From Candidatus Latescibacterota bacterium (GTDB lineage Bacteria; Latescibacterota; UBA2968): a DNA stretch of 64,000 nucleotides. The notes beneath the pieces are model-generated. The model was not told the origin of the DNA, ran no database searches, and saw only the letters and a program-made list of their open reading frames with translations. Shown piece by piece: positions 1 to 9,124 of this stretch; position 1 is the stretch's first letter; each line of letters starts with the position of its first letter. Where the stretch lies: assembly GCA_965204745.1 (NCBI GenBank), contig OZ242010.1:5184001-5248000 (forward strand), written 5' to 3'. Made by a program: the position numbers and the translations under genes.

Positions 1-185
1 TCCTGAACAGGGCGCGGCGAATCGCTTTCGCCCACCTTCACGGTCGGCGCGTCAAAATGCCCGGCATGCCGCTCTCCCGGCGGCGCGGGCGGCTGGGGCC
101 TTTGGGGAGAGTCGGTCGGTTTGGTCGCCGCCTCCACGGTCTGCTCTTCGATGATCTTGCCATCGGGGCCTCGATAAACAGGCAT
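1..185 (-). CDS. 5' part of a gene running off the window (MPVYRGPDGKIIEEQT...), Pro-rich N-terminus; possibly another member of the FHA cluster
   Basis: ATG at 185 with GGAG RBS upstream; frame open to the window edge; same orientation as the cluster. Confidence 0.55.
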   Translation of the reverse strand, partial: MPVYRGPDGKIIEEQTVEAATKPTDSPQRPQPPAPPGERHAGHFDAPTVKVGESDSPRPVQ

Positions 186-220
186 AGCGATATTCTCCTA
201 TAAAGATGGGGTTGGCGTGA

Positions 221-371
221 GCCACAAAAGGCACGAGCGGGGTACAACTGGCAACAGCCAGTTCAAAACACAAAAGGGGTACACCGTTCAAAGGCACGAG
301 CGGGTACAACTGGCGACAGCCAGTTCAAAACACAAAAGGGGTACAACTGACGACTGACGTTCGCAGTTCAA
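221..371. repeat. GGCACAAAA-type repeat array with AACTGGC-N4-GCCAGTT hairpin units
   Basis: Two copies of GGCACGAGCGG(G)GTACAACTGGCrACAGCCAGTTCAAA plus a variant; same unit at 59613-59716. Confidence 0.8.
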
Positions 372-388
372 ATAAGGCATCAAACAAG

Positions 389-637
389 TGCCCTCGCAAA
401 ACACCCTCCGATCAAGCCATCACGCACAGCGCGTAAGTCCGTCTCGCAACCAACGTCCATTATGCAACCCACCTTGCAGGCTGGCGCATGTCGTTTTGTT
501 ACAAAAGCGATTTGCGCTGTGCAAGCCCCTCGGCGTTTGAGAGCGGCATTTTTTGCTTACTTTTTTTTGCTGTTGAAAAAAAGTAAGTCGCCGAAGGCAT
601 CGAAAGCAACAAACGAGGCTACAGGACCAAACGCATT
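389..637. repeat. ~250 bp dispersed structured element, copy A (MITE or ncRNA candidate)
   Basis: Reverse-complement match along its length to 53552-53798; contains hairpin CTTAC-T8-GCTGTTG-A7-GTAAG. Confidence 0.8.
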
Positions 638-715
638 AAATCAGCAAGCAACACATTTGCTAATCTGTGTGTAATGCAAAAAAAGGAGAATCGCGTCTCC
701 CTCTCCGCCTCGGGA

Positions 716-1492
716 TCACTGCTCGTAGAGCCGGTTGATCAAATTGTCCAAACAGTATTGTCCAGACAGGTTCAGGGCCATCTCTTCTCGGTTTTGGGCA
801 ATGTGCAGGGCAAACACCAGCACTGCCGATTGGATCAGCGCGAGCAAGGTCGTGTAAAACGCGACGCCCAGTCGCCCGGTGATTTCTGCCAACAACGTCG
901 GATCCTGTGGATTTTGGACATTGGCAGCATAATCCAGCGCGAAGGCAATGCCCACAACCGTGCCGATAAACCCCAGCGTTGGGATCAGCCAAACGAGGTA
1001 CCGCACCATCGTGTATTTGAGTTCGAGTTCGTGCTGAAACAATTCGAGAGAGGAATTTAACAGCGCATTGGTCTGATTGACGGATCGGCTCCCCTGAAAT
1101 TGCAAAATACAGCGCGCGATCAACCGCGGCAAAAAGAACCGCCGGTCATCGGCCCGCGGGCGCACCTTTTGGTAAAACTCACCCAAGTCTCGCGCCCGCA
1201 ACATAATCGCATCCTCCTCCGGCAAATAGCGTTTGGATATTTGCGCCAGTTCCAGATGGGATTGGCGAAACCGCATCCACAATTCGCCACAGCCGACGAA
1301 AAACATCAGCCACATGACATTTTGAATCGTGAAGGGATAGGGGAAATTGTCCGTGTGGCGGTCGATCAAAAACGCACCCACTTGGGAATCGGGATGATCG
1401 AAAAGAAGGGTCATGATCGCGATGGCGAAACCGCCCGCGGCCGCGCTGATGCCGACTGCCGTTAAGCGTTGGTTTAATGCGCTGTCAACCAC
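716..1492 (-). CDS. MotA/TolQ/ExbB proton channel family protein
   Basis: TM helices with IPTLGFIGTVVGI and LGVAFYTTLLAL motifs. Confidence 0.85.
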   Translation of the reverse strand: MVDSALNQRLTAVGISAAAGGFAIAIMTLLFDHPDSQVGAFLIDRHTDNFPYPFTIQNVMWLMFFVGCGELWMRFRQSHLELAQISKRYLPEEDAIMLRARDLGEFYQKVRPRADDRRFFLPRLIARCILQFQGSRSVNQTNALLNSSLELFQHELELKYTMVRYLVWLIPTLGFIGTVVGIAFALDYAANVQNPQDPTLLAEITGRLGVAFYTTLLALIQSAVLVFALHIAQNREEMALNLSGQYCLDNLINRLYEQ

Positions 1493-1856
1493 ATCGATCT
1501 CCTATGATTTCTCCGGTGTCGGGATTGCGCCGCACAGGGCCTCGGTGTCTGTCTTCTTTGGGAATGGGCGTTGACCGTGCCGCTGAACCCCGACCGACCA
1601 TGGCGATGAGTTGGCGCGCCGTGGTCTGATAACGACCGAGCATAATGACCTCTGTCGGACTGATAAAGGCTTGTCTGATGGGGACCCAAGCGCCGTCCCG
1701 CGCGACATAGCTCCCGCCCGTGCTGCCGCAATCCGTGAGGTAGAACGCGCCCTGCCGGGTCGCGATCAACTCGGCATGAACGCGGGAAACCGACTCATCG
1801 CGGAGTTGAATATCCACATCCGAACCGCGCCCGATTCGATAAATCGCATCCTTCAT
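1485..1856 (-). CDS. Small FHA domain protein
   Basis: IGRG, SVSRVHAEL and LTDCGSTGGS FHA motifs; start at MKDAIY. Confidence 0.85.
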   Translation of the reverse strand: MKDAIYRIGRGSDVDIQLRDESVSRVHAELIATRQGAFYLTDCGSTGGSYVARDGAWVPIRQAFISPTEVIMLGRYQTTARQLIAMVGRGSAARSTPIPKEDRHRGPVRRNPDTGEIIGDRCG

Positions 1857-1860
1857 CTCA

Positions 1861-2703
1861 TCACCCCGGTTTTGCCCCCACCAGCGTGCCGCCATTGCGC
1901 GTTGTCAACTGCACCAAAAATTCGATAAAATCGCGTTGTCCAACGTAATTGCCAACCGCGGCGGCGTGGATGGGGATTCGCTGTGCGTTGCGGCGCGTGA
2001 CCGCATCGACCACGTCGATCCATGGCTCTGAGGGCGCGCCATCGCTCAACAAGATAATCGCTTCGGGCCGAAGTTCAATTGCCGCGAGCAATGCCGCGCG
2101 CGTGGGCGTGCCGCCAGCTACGCGCCTCATCCACCGATTGATCGTAGATGTAATGCGCCCGTGCGCCTGCTTTTCCACCTGAAAATACTGCCTATTTTCG
2201 GGCCAATAGTGCAACTACGTCACCCTATTTGGGGCGTGAAACCCGATCATACACAATTCGATTTTCGACCGAAAGGCATCGAGCATCGCCTGCACAGACA
2301 ATTTTATGAATTGGCGATAATCCTGTCTGCCCGCCTGATAAATACTGCCCGACATATCCACGACCAGCACGAGTTTCTGCGCTTTCGTCTCGATGCCCAA
2401 CAAAACAGCGGTGTTGTCGATCTCCCGTTGCAGTTTGGCGTTTTCGCGCTTCAACTTCTCGTTCTCTGAATTCGGCGATTGGCTCGAGCGTCGCATGGCT
2501 TCAACCCGTTTTTCGAGTTGTTCGTTTTCCGCTTTCAACTTCTCGTTCTCGCGTTTCAATTTCTCGCTGTCTATGTTCGCGTTCAGGTTGGGAAAAAACG
2601 GCAACAAGATGATGGCGATGAGGATAAAGGCCCCCAGCGCCGATGCGAACAAATCGAGCGCGGACATGCTGAAGATATTGATCTCTCGGTTGCGCGTTTT
2701 CAC
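1861..2703 (-). pseudogene. Membrane-anchored vWA-domain protein (ExbD/MotB-like TM, coiled coil, vWA) interrupted by an in-frame TAG at 2215-2217
   Basis: SALDLFASALGAF TM; VVDMSGS MIDAS before the stop, GGTP and LLSDGAP after it; both ORFs share one frame (GTG ACG TAG TTG CAC). Confidence 0.8.
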
Positions 2704-2718
2704 GGCCAGGCCCTCTCG

Positions 2719-4095
2719 CTAAAGTTTTGAGACCATGAACGCCAAGGTGCCCAGCGCGACCGTGGCGCCGTAGTCCAACTGCGCGGGGCGAAATGGCGAC
2801 AAGCGGCGAGCGTTCAAAAATGTGCCGTTGCTCGAGTTCAAATCCTCGACGTAAAACCGATCATCCCGAACCGAGATTCGCACATGCCGTCTGGATACAT
2901 TTTCATCTCGAACGACTTCATCCACCAAGTCGGGATGCCGCCCGAGCGAAAGCCCCAGGCGTTGCCCCGCGAATCTCTCGGGCGATAGTGCGATGCGAAC
3001 GCGATTGCCCCGGCTGTCAAAACCGGACAGCACCAGACCGCGGTTTGGCAGGGGGCTAGTGGCTGGTTTTTTTGCGACTGGCTGAGGTTGCCCGGCGGAT
3101 CGTTTTTGCACCATCTCACCGCCGCCTCGTCGGCTGATCCGCCGGCTCATGCCTTCTGCTATGCGGACGATCTGTTGCCTGGGTTTTCTGAGGGCGAGTG
3201 CCAAGGCGACCAATGTCAGGAGGCCCAAGAATATCCCCCATGTCAGAAATTGATCGCGTGCCTCTTCGGCTTGGATCCGCGCTCGTTCCGCTTGTTTCGC
3301 GGCGCGATCCGCCCCTCGCAGTGCCTTTTGCATCTCTTCGGTACTGCCCACGCCAGTTGCCGGCAAGCACGCATGGGTCTCTGATCGAAAGGCGATATTG
3401 TGCGTTTGCAAGAGCCTTGCGAGTTCCTCGATGTGCGAGGACCAGTAAATCCCCATGGCATGGGGCACGCGCTCGGTCCCACCGGAAGGACTACGAATGA
3501 CGATGAGAGACGCTTGTGTGTTCACGCCGATCACCCTGCCGCAATCATCCACCAAGGGGCCGCCGCTGTTGCCCGGATTGGTCGGCGCGTTGTGTTGAAT
3601 AATCCCGAGGTTTTGGCTGTGCCACGCGCCCGTAAAAACGCGCCCAATGACGCCGTCCTGCACGGTTGGATCGTGCGCGGGCCTTTCCCTGTCCGCGCCG
3701 CCGGGATAGCCGATGGCCCAGACTTTCTGCCCTTTTTTGGGTTGTGCGAGCGAAAATGTGATGGGCGGGAGGGTTATCCCCAAAACGCGGACAATAGCCA
3801 AGTCGAGTTGCCGGGAGGTGGCGATCACTTCGGCGTCATACATCCTGCTCGAATTTGTCGGTATGGCTTTGACCTGCCGCCCGCCCGCAATGACGTGGGC
3901 GTTTGTGGCGATATAACCGCGATTGTCGATCACGAATCCCGTGCCCGCCCCAACGCCCCGATGCGTCCGCGTGACGATCCGCACGACACTCTTTTCAAGC
4001 GCGGCAAAATCCGGCTCGGCCATCGCATCGCGCCCGCAACAGAGAACGGATAGGACCAGAACGGCAAAACGCCAATAGTTGAATTGGCACGGCAT
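2719..4095 (-). CDS. Trypsin-like serine protease + TM + C-terminal FHA domain
   Basis: Signal peptide; TNAHV, DLAIV, GNSGGP triad intact; LGRH, SRRH, SSNGT FHA motifs. Confidence 0.9.
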   Translation of the reverse strand: MPCQFNYWRFAVLVLSVLCCGRDAMAEPDFAALEKSVVRIVTRTHRGVGAGTGFVIDNRGYIATNAHVIAGGRQVKAIPTNSSRMYDAEVIATSRQLDLAIVRVLGITLPPITFSLAQPKKGQKVWAIGYPGGADRERPAHDPTVQDGVIGRVFTGAWHSQNLGIIQHNAPTNPGNSGGPLVDDCGRVIGVNTQASLIVIRSPSGGTERVPHAMGIYWSSHIEELARLLQTHNIAFRSETHACLPATGVGSTEEMQKALRGADRAAKQAERARIQAEEARDQFLTWGIFLGLLTLVALALALRKPRQQIVRIAEGMSRRISRRGGGEMVQKRSAGQPQPVAKKPATSPLPNRGLVLSGFDSRGNRVRIALSPERFAGQRLGLSLGRHPDLVDEVVRDENVSRRHVRISVRDDRFYVEDLNSSNGTFLNARRLSPFRPAQLDYGATVALGTLAFMVSKL

Positions 4096-4096
4096 G

Positions 4097-5629
4097 TCAC
4101 GCCTCCACCAAACGCACCTGAAAAACGACCGGTCCCAGTTCGAGTTGATCATTGCTTTGCAACACCATCGGTTCACCCGGATCGAGCGCATGCCCATTGA
4201 TCCGCGTGCCATTTAGGGTATTCAAGTCCTCGGCATAGAGATCGCCGCCGGAAACGGTCAGCCTGACGTGGGCGCGGGAAATGGATTCGTGGTCGATCAC
4301 AAAATCGGCTTTGTCCGGGCTCCGCCCGAGGATCGCGCCGGATTGATCGCCCAATGCAAGCGCCGATAGACGCAACGCGAATGGCCTATCAGCGTGGTCT
4401 CGACCTTCCAACACGCAGCCAAAAGGCGCGGGTTGCGCTGCGGCTCTTCGCGCTGCTACGGCCTCTTGTTCTGCCTCGCTCAAGCGGGACTCGGCGCTTT
4501 GCAACCGCGCTTTCTTGCGGCGGGAAGAAATCAGCCAGCCGAGCAATGCGATCAGCAGCAAGGCCGCGCTGATGGCGATAACCCATTGCGACCGCTGCGC
4601 GGTCCTCTCCTCGACGACTGCGAGGCTATCGGCTTTTGCTTTGGCCTGCTCTCGCGCTGTTTTGACGCTGTTAGCTGCCGCGGCTTTGATGCTGTCCGCC
4701 CGTGCCCGATTGACCGAATCCGCCCGCGCTTGTTCTGCTTTGAGACTGTCTGCCACCGCTCGTTTGACCGAATCCGCCCGCGCCTTGGCGCGTTCTGCTT
4801 TTAGGCGTGCGGCGCGTTCTGCGCGTACTCGCTTCTCTGCGGCTTGGACGCTGTCCGCCATCGCTCGCTTCACGGAATCCGCCTGCGCCTGTGCTGCTTT
4901 GACGCTGTCCGTTGCGGCTTTGCGCGCTTGTTCGGCGCGTTCAATCGCGCTTGAGCACGCTTCTTCAACGACGGTGTAGGCAATGCCCCGGCCCATCAGC
5001 GCGGCGATGATGTCGTTGCTGCGTAGGGCAAAGACCGTCCCGCGCGGCTCTGCGTTTTTGCGAAACGGCCAGCGTCCGCGTTCCAAGTCCGGCGTGTTGA
5101 TGCCGACCACGTCCCCGCATTCATTGAACACGGGCATCCCAAAGGCTTTGGACGTCACGACGGCATTGTGATGGAGCAGGTGGACCACGGGATCGCCCGC
5201 TTTCTCACCCGGCAAAGTGTGGTAAGTGCCGATGGTCCCCTGAGAAATCCGCACGCTGTCGCCCATGCCAAACCCCAAGGTCCTCACGGCGCGGCCCACA
5301 GCGGCCCCTTGTTCGGACAAGTTCAGCGCGGGCAAGCCCAACCCCTGCACGCGCAACAGCGCCAAGTTCATCTCCCGCTTGGCAAACACTTGCCGCGCCA
5401 CGATTTCAGCGCCCGTCTTCAGGGATACGACCGTGAATCGCTCTGCATCAGCCAAGAGATGGGCATTGGTCAGCACATACCCCGCTTCATCGACGACAAA
5501 GCCACTTCCTTCCGCCGCGAGTCGGCTACCATCATGAGCACGCACCCGCACAATGCTTTCTACCTGCGCCCAAGCAGAACTCGCGAACAGGAACACCACA
5601 AGATGCACCATCACAGCAACGACACGCAT
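4097..5629 (-). CDS. Trypsin-like domain with degenerate triad + Ala-rich coiled coil + TM + FHA
   Basis: GSGF and TNAHL present, but NLALL and KAFGMP replace the Asp and Ser motifs; LGRS, SRAH, TLNGT FHA motifs. Confidence 0.85.
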   Translation of the reverse strand: MRVVAVMVHLVVFLFASSAWAQVESIVRVRAHDGSRLAAEGSGFVVDEAGYVLTNAHLLADAERFTVVSLKTGAEIVARQVFAKREMNLALLRVQGLGLPALNLSEQGAAVGRAVRTLGFGMGDSVRISQGTIGTYHTLPGEKAGDPVVHLLHHNAVVTSKAFGMPVFNECGDVVGINTPDLERGRWPFRKNAEPRGTVFALRSNDIIAALMGRGIAYTVVEEACSSAIERAEQARKAATDSVKAAQAQADSVKRAMADSVQAAEKRVRAERAARLKAERAKARADSVKRAVADSLKAEQARADSVNRARADSIKAAAANSVKTAREQAKAKADSLAVVEERTAQRSQWVIAISAALLLIALLGWLISSRRKKARLQSAESRLSEAEQEAVAARRAAAQPAPFGCVLEGRDHADRPFALRLSALALGDQSGAILGRSPDKADFVIDHESISRAHVRLTVSGGDLYAEDLNTLNGTRINGHALDPGEPMVLQSNDQLELGPVVFQVRLVEA

Positions 5630-5707
5630 GGAGACCTCCTCTTGTATCGTAAGCAGTCAGCAAAACAATCGGTCAGCACATCCATTGCCTTGGGGTGGAA
5701 AGGGGGG

Positions 5708-5739
5708 ACTGACAACTGACAACTGACAACTGACCACTG
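5708..5739. repeat. Heptamer tandem repeat ACTGACA/ACTGACC
   Basis: Four or more tandem units; same family at 19440, 31201, 39586, 51233, 55047. Confidence 0.8.
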
Positions 5740-5754
5740 CATCTCCCCTCTTTG

Positions 5755-7293
5755 CTATTGCTCTTTTTTTAGAAGACGCATGCCAGCGTTCTTCATTTGC
5801 CACAGAGTAATCAACCAGACCACAACCATAATAATCGCTGTGATTACCCAAATGCCCGCTATCGTAATTATACGCTCATCATTGCTGTTTATCACCGCTA
5901 GTAGTATTGCCGATAGTAGTATTGCCAACCACGGCAAGCAACAGAATGACAAACTGAAAAATGTACTGATCTTTGGATCTGTGATCTCGGCATTGAGGGC
6001 TTTGGCGAGACCGTGAATTGCAACGAAGTACCAGTAGAAATTGAATAATGGAATAAAGAGAAAGCCAATGGCTTTGCCTGGGGTTGTCCTCGCTTTGTCG
6101 GCGGGGATGAGCGACCACAATTTGTGCAGAACGAGGCAACCGAACACGTCAGCAATGATCACGGCTATGGTGTCCAACGCCAACGACCCTGAGATAAGCG
6201 GCAGGGGTACCGTAGCAACAAGGAAAATCCAGTGGGTACTGAACCACGTTTGCAAACGCTTCGCGTCGTCGACTTTGGGGGCTGAAGGAGGGCGATTGGG
6301 CAATTCGTCAATGGTCCTTTCATTTTTGAAATGCCCTTGCGGCAGTGCCGAATCCACCGCCAACTCGGCGTGCCATTCGGACGCCGCCGAGGAGCCGCTT
6401 GGGGAGGAGATTGAAGCGGTGTCGGTCAACGCATCGCGCCATTCGGACACACTTTGCGGCCGGGCATCCTCATCTACTTGTAGCGCGTGATCGATAGCGG
6501 CGAGAAAATGTTGGCTCGCACGGCCCTTGCACCGATCCGAAACTGGAATCAGCGGATCGCGGCGCACCCTATCCGTTGCATCAGCGGGCACCTCATCCGT
6601 CAACGCGCGATAGCACACCCCGGCCAATGCGTAAATATCCGTCCAAGGCCCTTGATTCCCGCGGGTCGAATACTGCTCTATCGGCGCGTATCCCGGCGTC
6701 ACAATGGAGGTCACAGAACGGCTCTTCGCACCCACCGCTTGACGCGCCGCGCCAAAGTCGATCAACACGGGCGAGCGATCCTCGGCGCGAATGACGATGT
6801 TGCCAGGTTTGATGTCCCGATGCAAAAAATCCGCACGATGCACCGCCGCCAAGCCGTCGAGAATCGGATGCAGAATCGCCTTGAGCTCCGACTCGGTCAA
6901 GATGCCCTTGCGGTTGAGATACGCGGACAGGGTCTCGCCCTCGGCGTATTCCATCACGATATACGCCGTGTTGTGCGCTTGAAAAAAATGATGCACGCGC
7001 ACGATATTTGGATGCTGAAACCGCGCCAAAATTCGGGCTTCATCTACAAATCGATCCAGCCCCCACTGAAAGTCCGCTACAACTTGAGACGACTGCGGCA
7101 CCACGGACAGATCGCTTTCGCGGATCGCGAGATCAGCGGGCAGATACTCCTTGATCGCCACGGGAATATCCAGCGCGTGATTCCAGCCGAGGTAGGTAAT
7201 GCCAAACCCGCCGTGCCCGAGGACGCGGTGAAACTCAAAATCCCCAATGCGCGTGCCCTGCGGCAAGGCCAATCTGTGTTGTGCTTCGTCCAT
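5755..7293 (-). CDS. Hanks-type Ser/Thr protein kinase with C-terminal multi-TM domain
   Basis: LGHGGFG, VAIKE, HRDIKPGN, DFG, APIE motifs; several hydrophobic helices at the C-terminus. Confidence 0.93.
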   Translation of the reverse strand: MDEAQHRLALPQGTRIGDFEFHRVLGHGGFGITYLGWNHALDIPVAIKEYLPADLAIRESDLSVVPQSSQVVADFQWGLDRFVDEARILARFQHPNIVRVHHFFQAHNTAYIVMEYAEGETLSAYLNRKGILTESELKAILHPILDGLAAVHRADFLHRDIKPGNIVIRAEDRSPVLIDFGAARQAVGAKSRSVTSIVTPGYAPIEQYSTRGNQGPWTDIYALAGVCYRALTDEVPADATDRVRRDPLIPVSDRCKGRASQHFLAAIDHALQVDEDARPQSVSEWRDALTDTASISSPSGSSAASEWHAELAVDSALPQGHFKNERTIDELPNRPPSAPKVDDAKRLQTWFSTHWIFLVATVPLPLISGSLALDTIAVIIADVFGCLVLHKLWSLIPADKARTTPGKAIGFLFIPLFNFYWYFVAIHGLAKALNAEITDPKISTFFSLSFCCLPWLAILLSAILLAVINSNDERIITIAGIWVITAIIMVVVWLITLWQMKNAGMRLLKKEQ

Positions 7294-7419
7294 GGCGTCC
7301 CTCCGATATTATGGTACCTATCCCCTTGTTCAGTGATCCGCAACCACCGGCCCACTCGTATCAAAAAAGCGCGTAGCGATATTCCTTGTCCGAGCGCGGA
7401 AAATAAAAGAAAGAGACAA

Positions 7420-7765
7420 GGGGAGCAGGGCTTGCTTGAAGGATGGCCGCAAGGGCTGTTTTAATGGGTTGGGGACCTATCCCCCCGGCCCCCTTTCCTA
7501 CAAGGAAAGGGGGAGCATAGCTTGCTTGAGTGATGGATCAAGGGCTGTTTTAATGGCTTTGAGCGAGGGCGTTATGCGATTAAAACCCGTCACATTCCCT
7601 CTCGCAAAACCCATCTGCGTTCTCCCTTCCTCGCAGGCACAGGCGTAGCCTACAACGAGTGAAACGAGTAACGGGGGTAGGGGGTAGGTCCTGATAATGT
7701 TAAAAAGGAACGGGGAGCAGGGGTTTCTTAAAGGGTGATCGCATTGGCTATTTTGATGGCTTTGG
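7420..7765. repeat. REP/REPIN-like composite: inverted pair of GGACCTAyCCCC...CCCyTTCCT-N-AGGAArGGGG units with repeated spacer
   Basis: Units at 7472-7514 and 7623-7691 in opposite orientation; related copies at 38025, 47761 and 55217-55516. Confidence 0.8.
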
Positions 7766-7795
7766 ATGAGTGCTCGACAGCCGCATGGGTATATA

Positions 7796-9124
7796 TCATT
7801 GGGGGCGACGCGCGGCATCCTCGGCGATGTTGTATCCGCCTTCTCCTGTGCGGCGGTAACGCTCGATCATTCGTTCGCGCTCTTCCGTCGGCTGTGCATC
7901 GTAAACGCGCCAGACGTGATCTATCTCTTCAAAAGGGATTTCAAAATCGAGTTCCGCCGCGTAGCGGTGCATCCGTTCCAAGGTGGTCAGCGCGTATTTC
8001 CAGTTGACAAGAGGCTTTAAGAGAAGCACTGCCCGCCGTTGCAACGATAGCTGGGCAAGGGGATGAATGCGAGCAGTCCACTGTTCGTTGGGGCGATGCT
8101 CAACGCCGATGGCCGAAATCGCGATATCGGATAGCCCAAGTCGAGCGTCGAGGGTCGGCGGTCCAATTTCGTGTGGGACTTCTACAACGCGATCTCGGAT
8201 CTGGAACGCATCGGCGAAGGGAGGTGCCGGAAGATGGCGGGATCCCTTGAGGTCCAGCGTCTCGATTAGGGCTTTGCGGTCTTGGTCTGAGGGCGCCCAG
8301 AGATCTAGATCCTTCGGAGGCTGTCCCGTTAGCAAAGTCTTGAATGCACCGCCGGCGAGAAAAAACCTGGCACCAGTGTCAAAACCGATAGTCGCGGCAA
8401 CTTCACGGCGTGCGAACTCAATCACGTCGGACTCTTCAAGTGGGCAAAGAGGATCCAAATCATGGCGAACCGCCTCAAAGTCACGGTAGGCTGTATTCAA
8501 TCCGTCTTCTTCGCGCCAGAAAAACGCGCCCTCAAGGTACCAGGGCCAGTCATTCTTCCCAAGAGGTTGCTTCAACAGCCGCGCTGCCGTTACAGTCACC
8601 AACGAGTCGTGCGTGACAAACACATGAATCCCGGGAATATCGTTCGCTACGGCGAACATGTGTTGTACGAGAAACCGCGCCGCTTCGTCGGGCCGCGACA
8701 ACCCTGGCAACGGGTCAGCCCCCGACACCAGACGCGCCATGACATCTTCATGGTCGCGTTCGGTCCAGATGCATTCGGCACGCTTACTATCGAGGACATA
8801 AATGCCCGGATCGCCGAGTAATTGGTCGGGCACTATGCGGCAGTTGCCCCCAGAACCATCCCGCAGAACTTCGGCGGTCTGAACACACCTAATGAGGGGA
8901 CTCGCGTGAAGCGTACGCAATCTGTCGCCGATCAGGGTGCCGAACTTGCGTCCAAGCCTTCGTCCAATATTGTTAATCGGAAGAGTATAACCCACCATAT
9001 CCCCGGGCGGAAGAGGGTCGCGGACCGAGTGGCGGAGCAAAAAGACCACCGGGCGATTGCGAGGCACCCGTTTGAGAATCGGAGGTATCCAAGACGGGAT
9101 TTGATAACAGATGGTATCGTTCAT
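7796..9124 (-). CDS. Histidine phosphatase domain fused to a polyA-pol/CCA-type nucleotidyltransferase-like domain
   Basis: LLRHS, SPLIRCVQTA, VTHD; C-terminal FLAGGAFK...PKDLDLW. Confidence 0.75.
   Translation of the reverse strand: MNDTICYQIPSWIPPILKRVPRNRPVVFLLRHSVRDPLPPGDMVGYTLPINNIGRRLGRKFGTLIGDRLRTLHASPLIRCVQTAEVLRDGSGGNCRIVPDQLLGDPGIYVLDSKRAECIWTERDHEDVMARLVSGADPLPGLSRPDEAARFLVQHMFAVANDIPGIHVFVTHDSLVTVTAARLLKQPLGKNDWPWYLEGAFFWREEDGLNTAYRDFEAVRHDLDPLCPLEESDVIEFARREVAATIGFDTGARFFLAGGAFKTLLTGQPPKDLDLWAPSDQDRKALIETLDLKGSRHLPAPPFADAFQIRDRVVEVPHEIGPPTLDARLGLSDIAISAIGVEHRPNEQWTARIHPLAQLSLQRRAVLLLKPLVNWKYALTTLERMHRYAAELDFEIPFEEIDHVWRVYDAQPTEERERMIERYRRTGEGGYNIAEDAARRPQ

Noticed and set aside
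716-2703. Zorya ZorAB or Tol/Exb assignment
   Set aside because: The partner has vWA rather than OmpA/ExbD, there is no long ZorA tail, and no zorCDE, tonB or tolA neighbours
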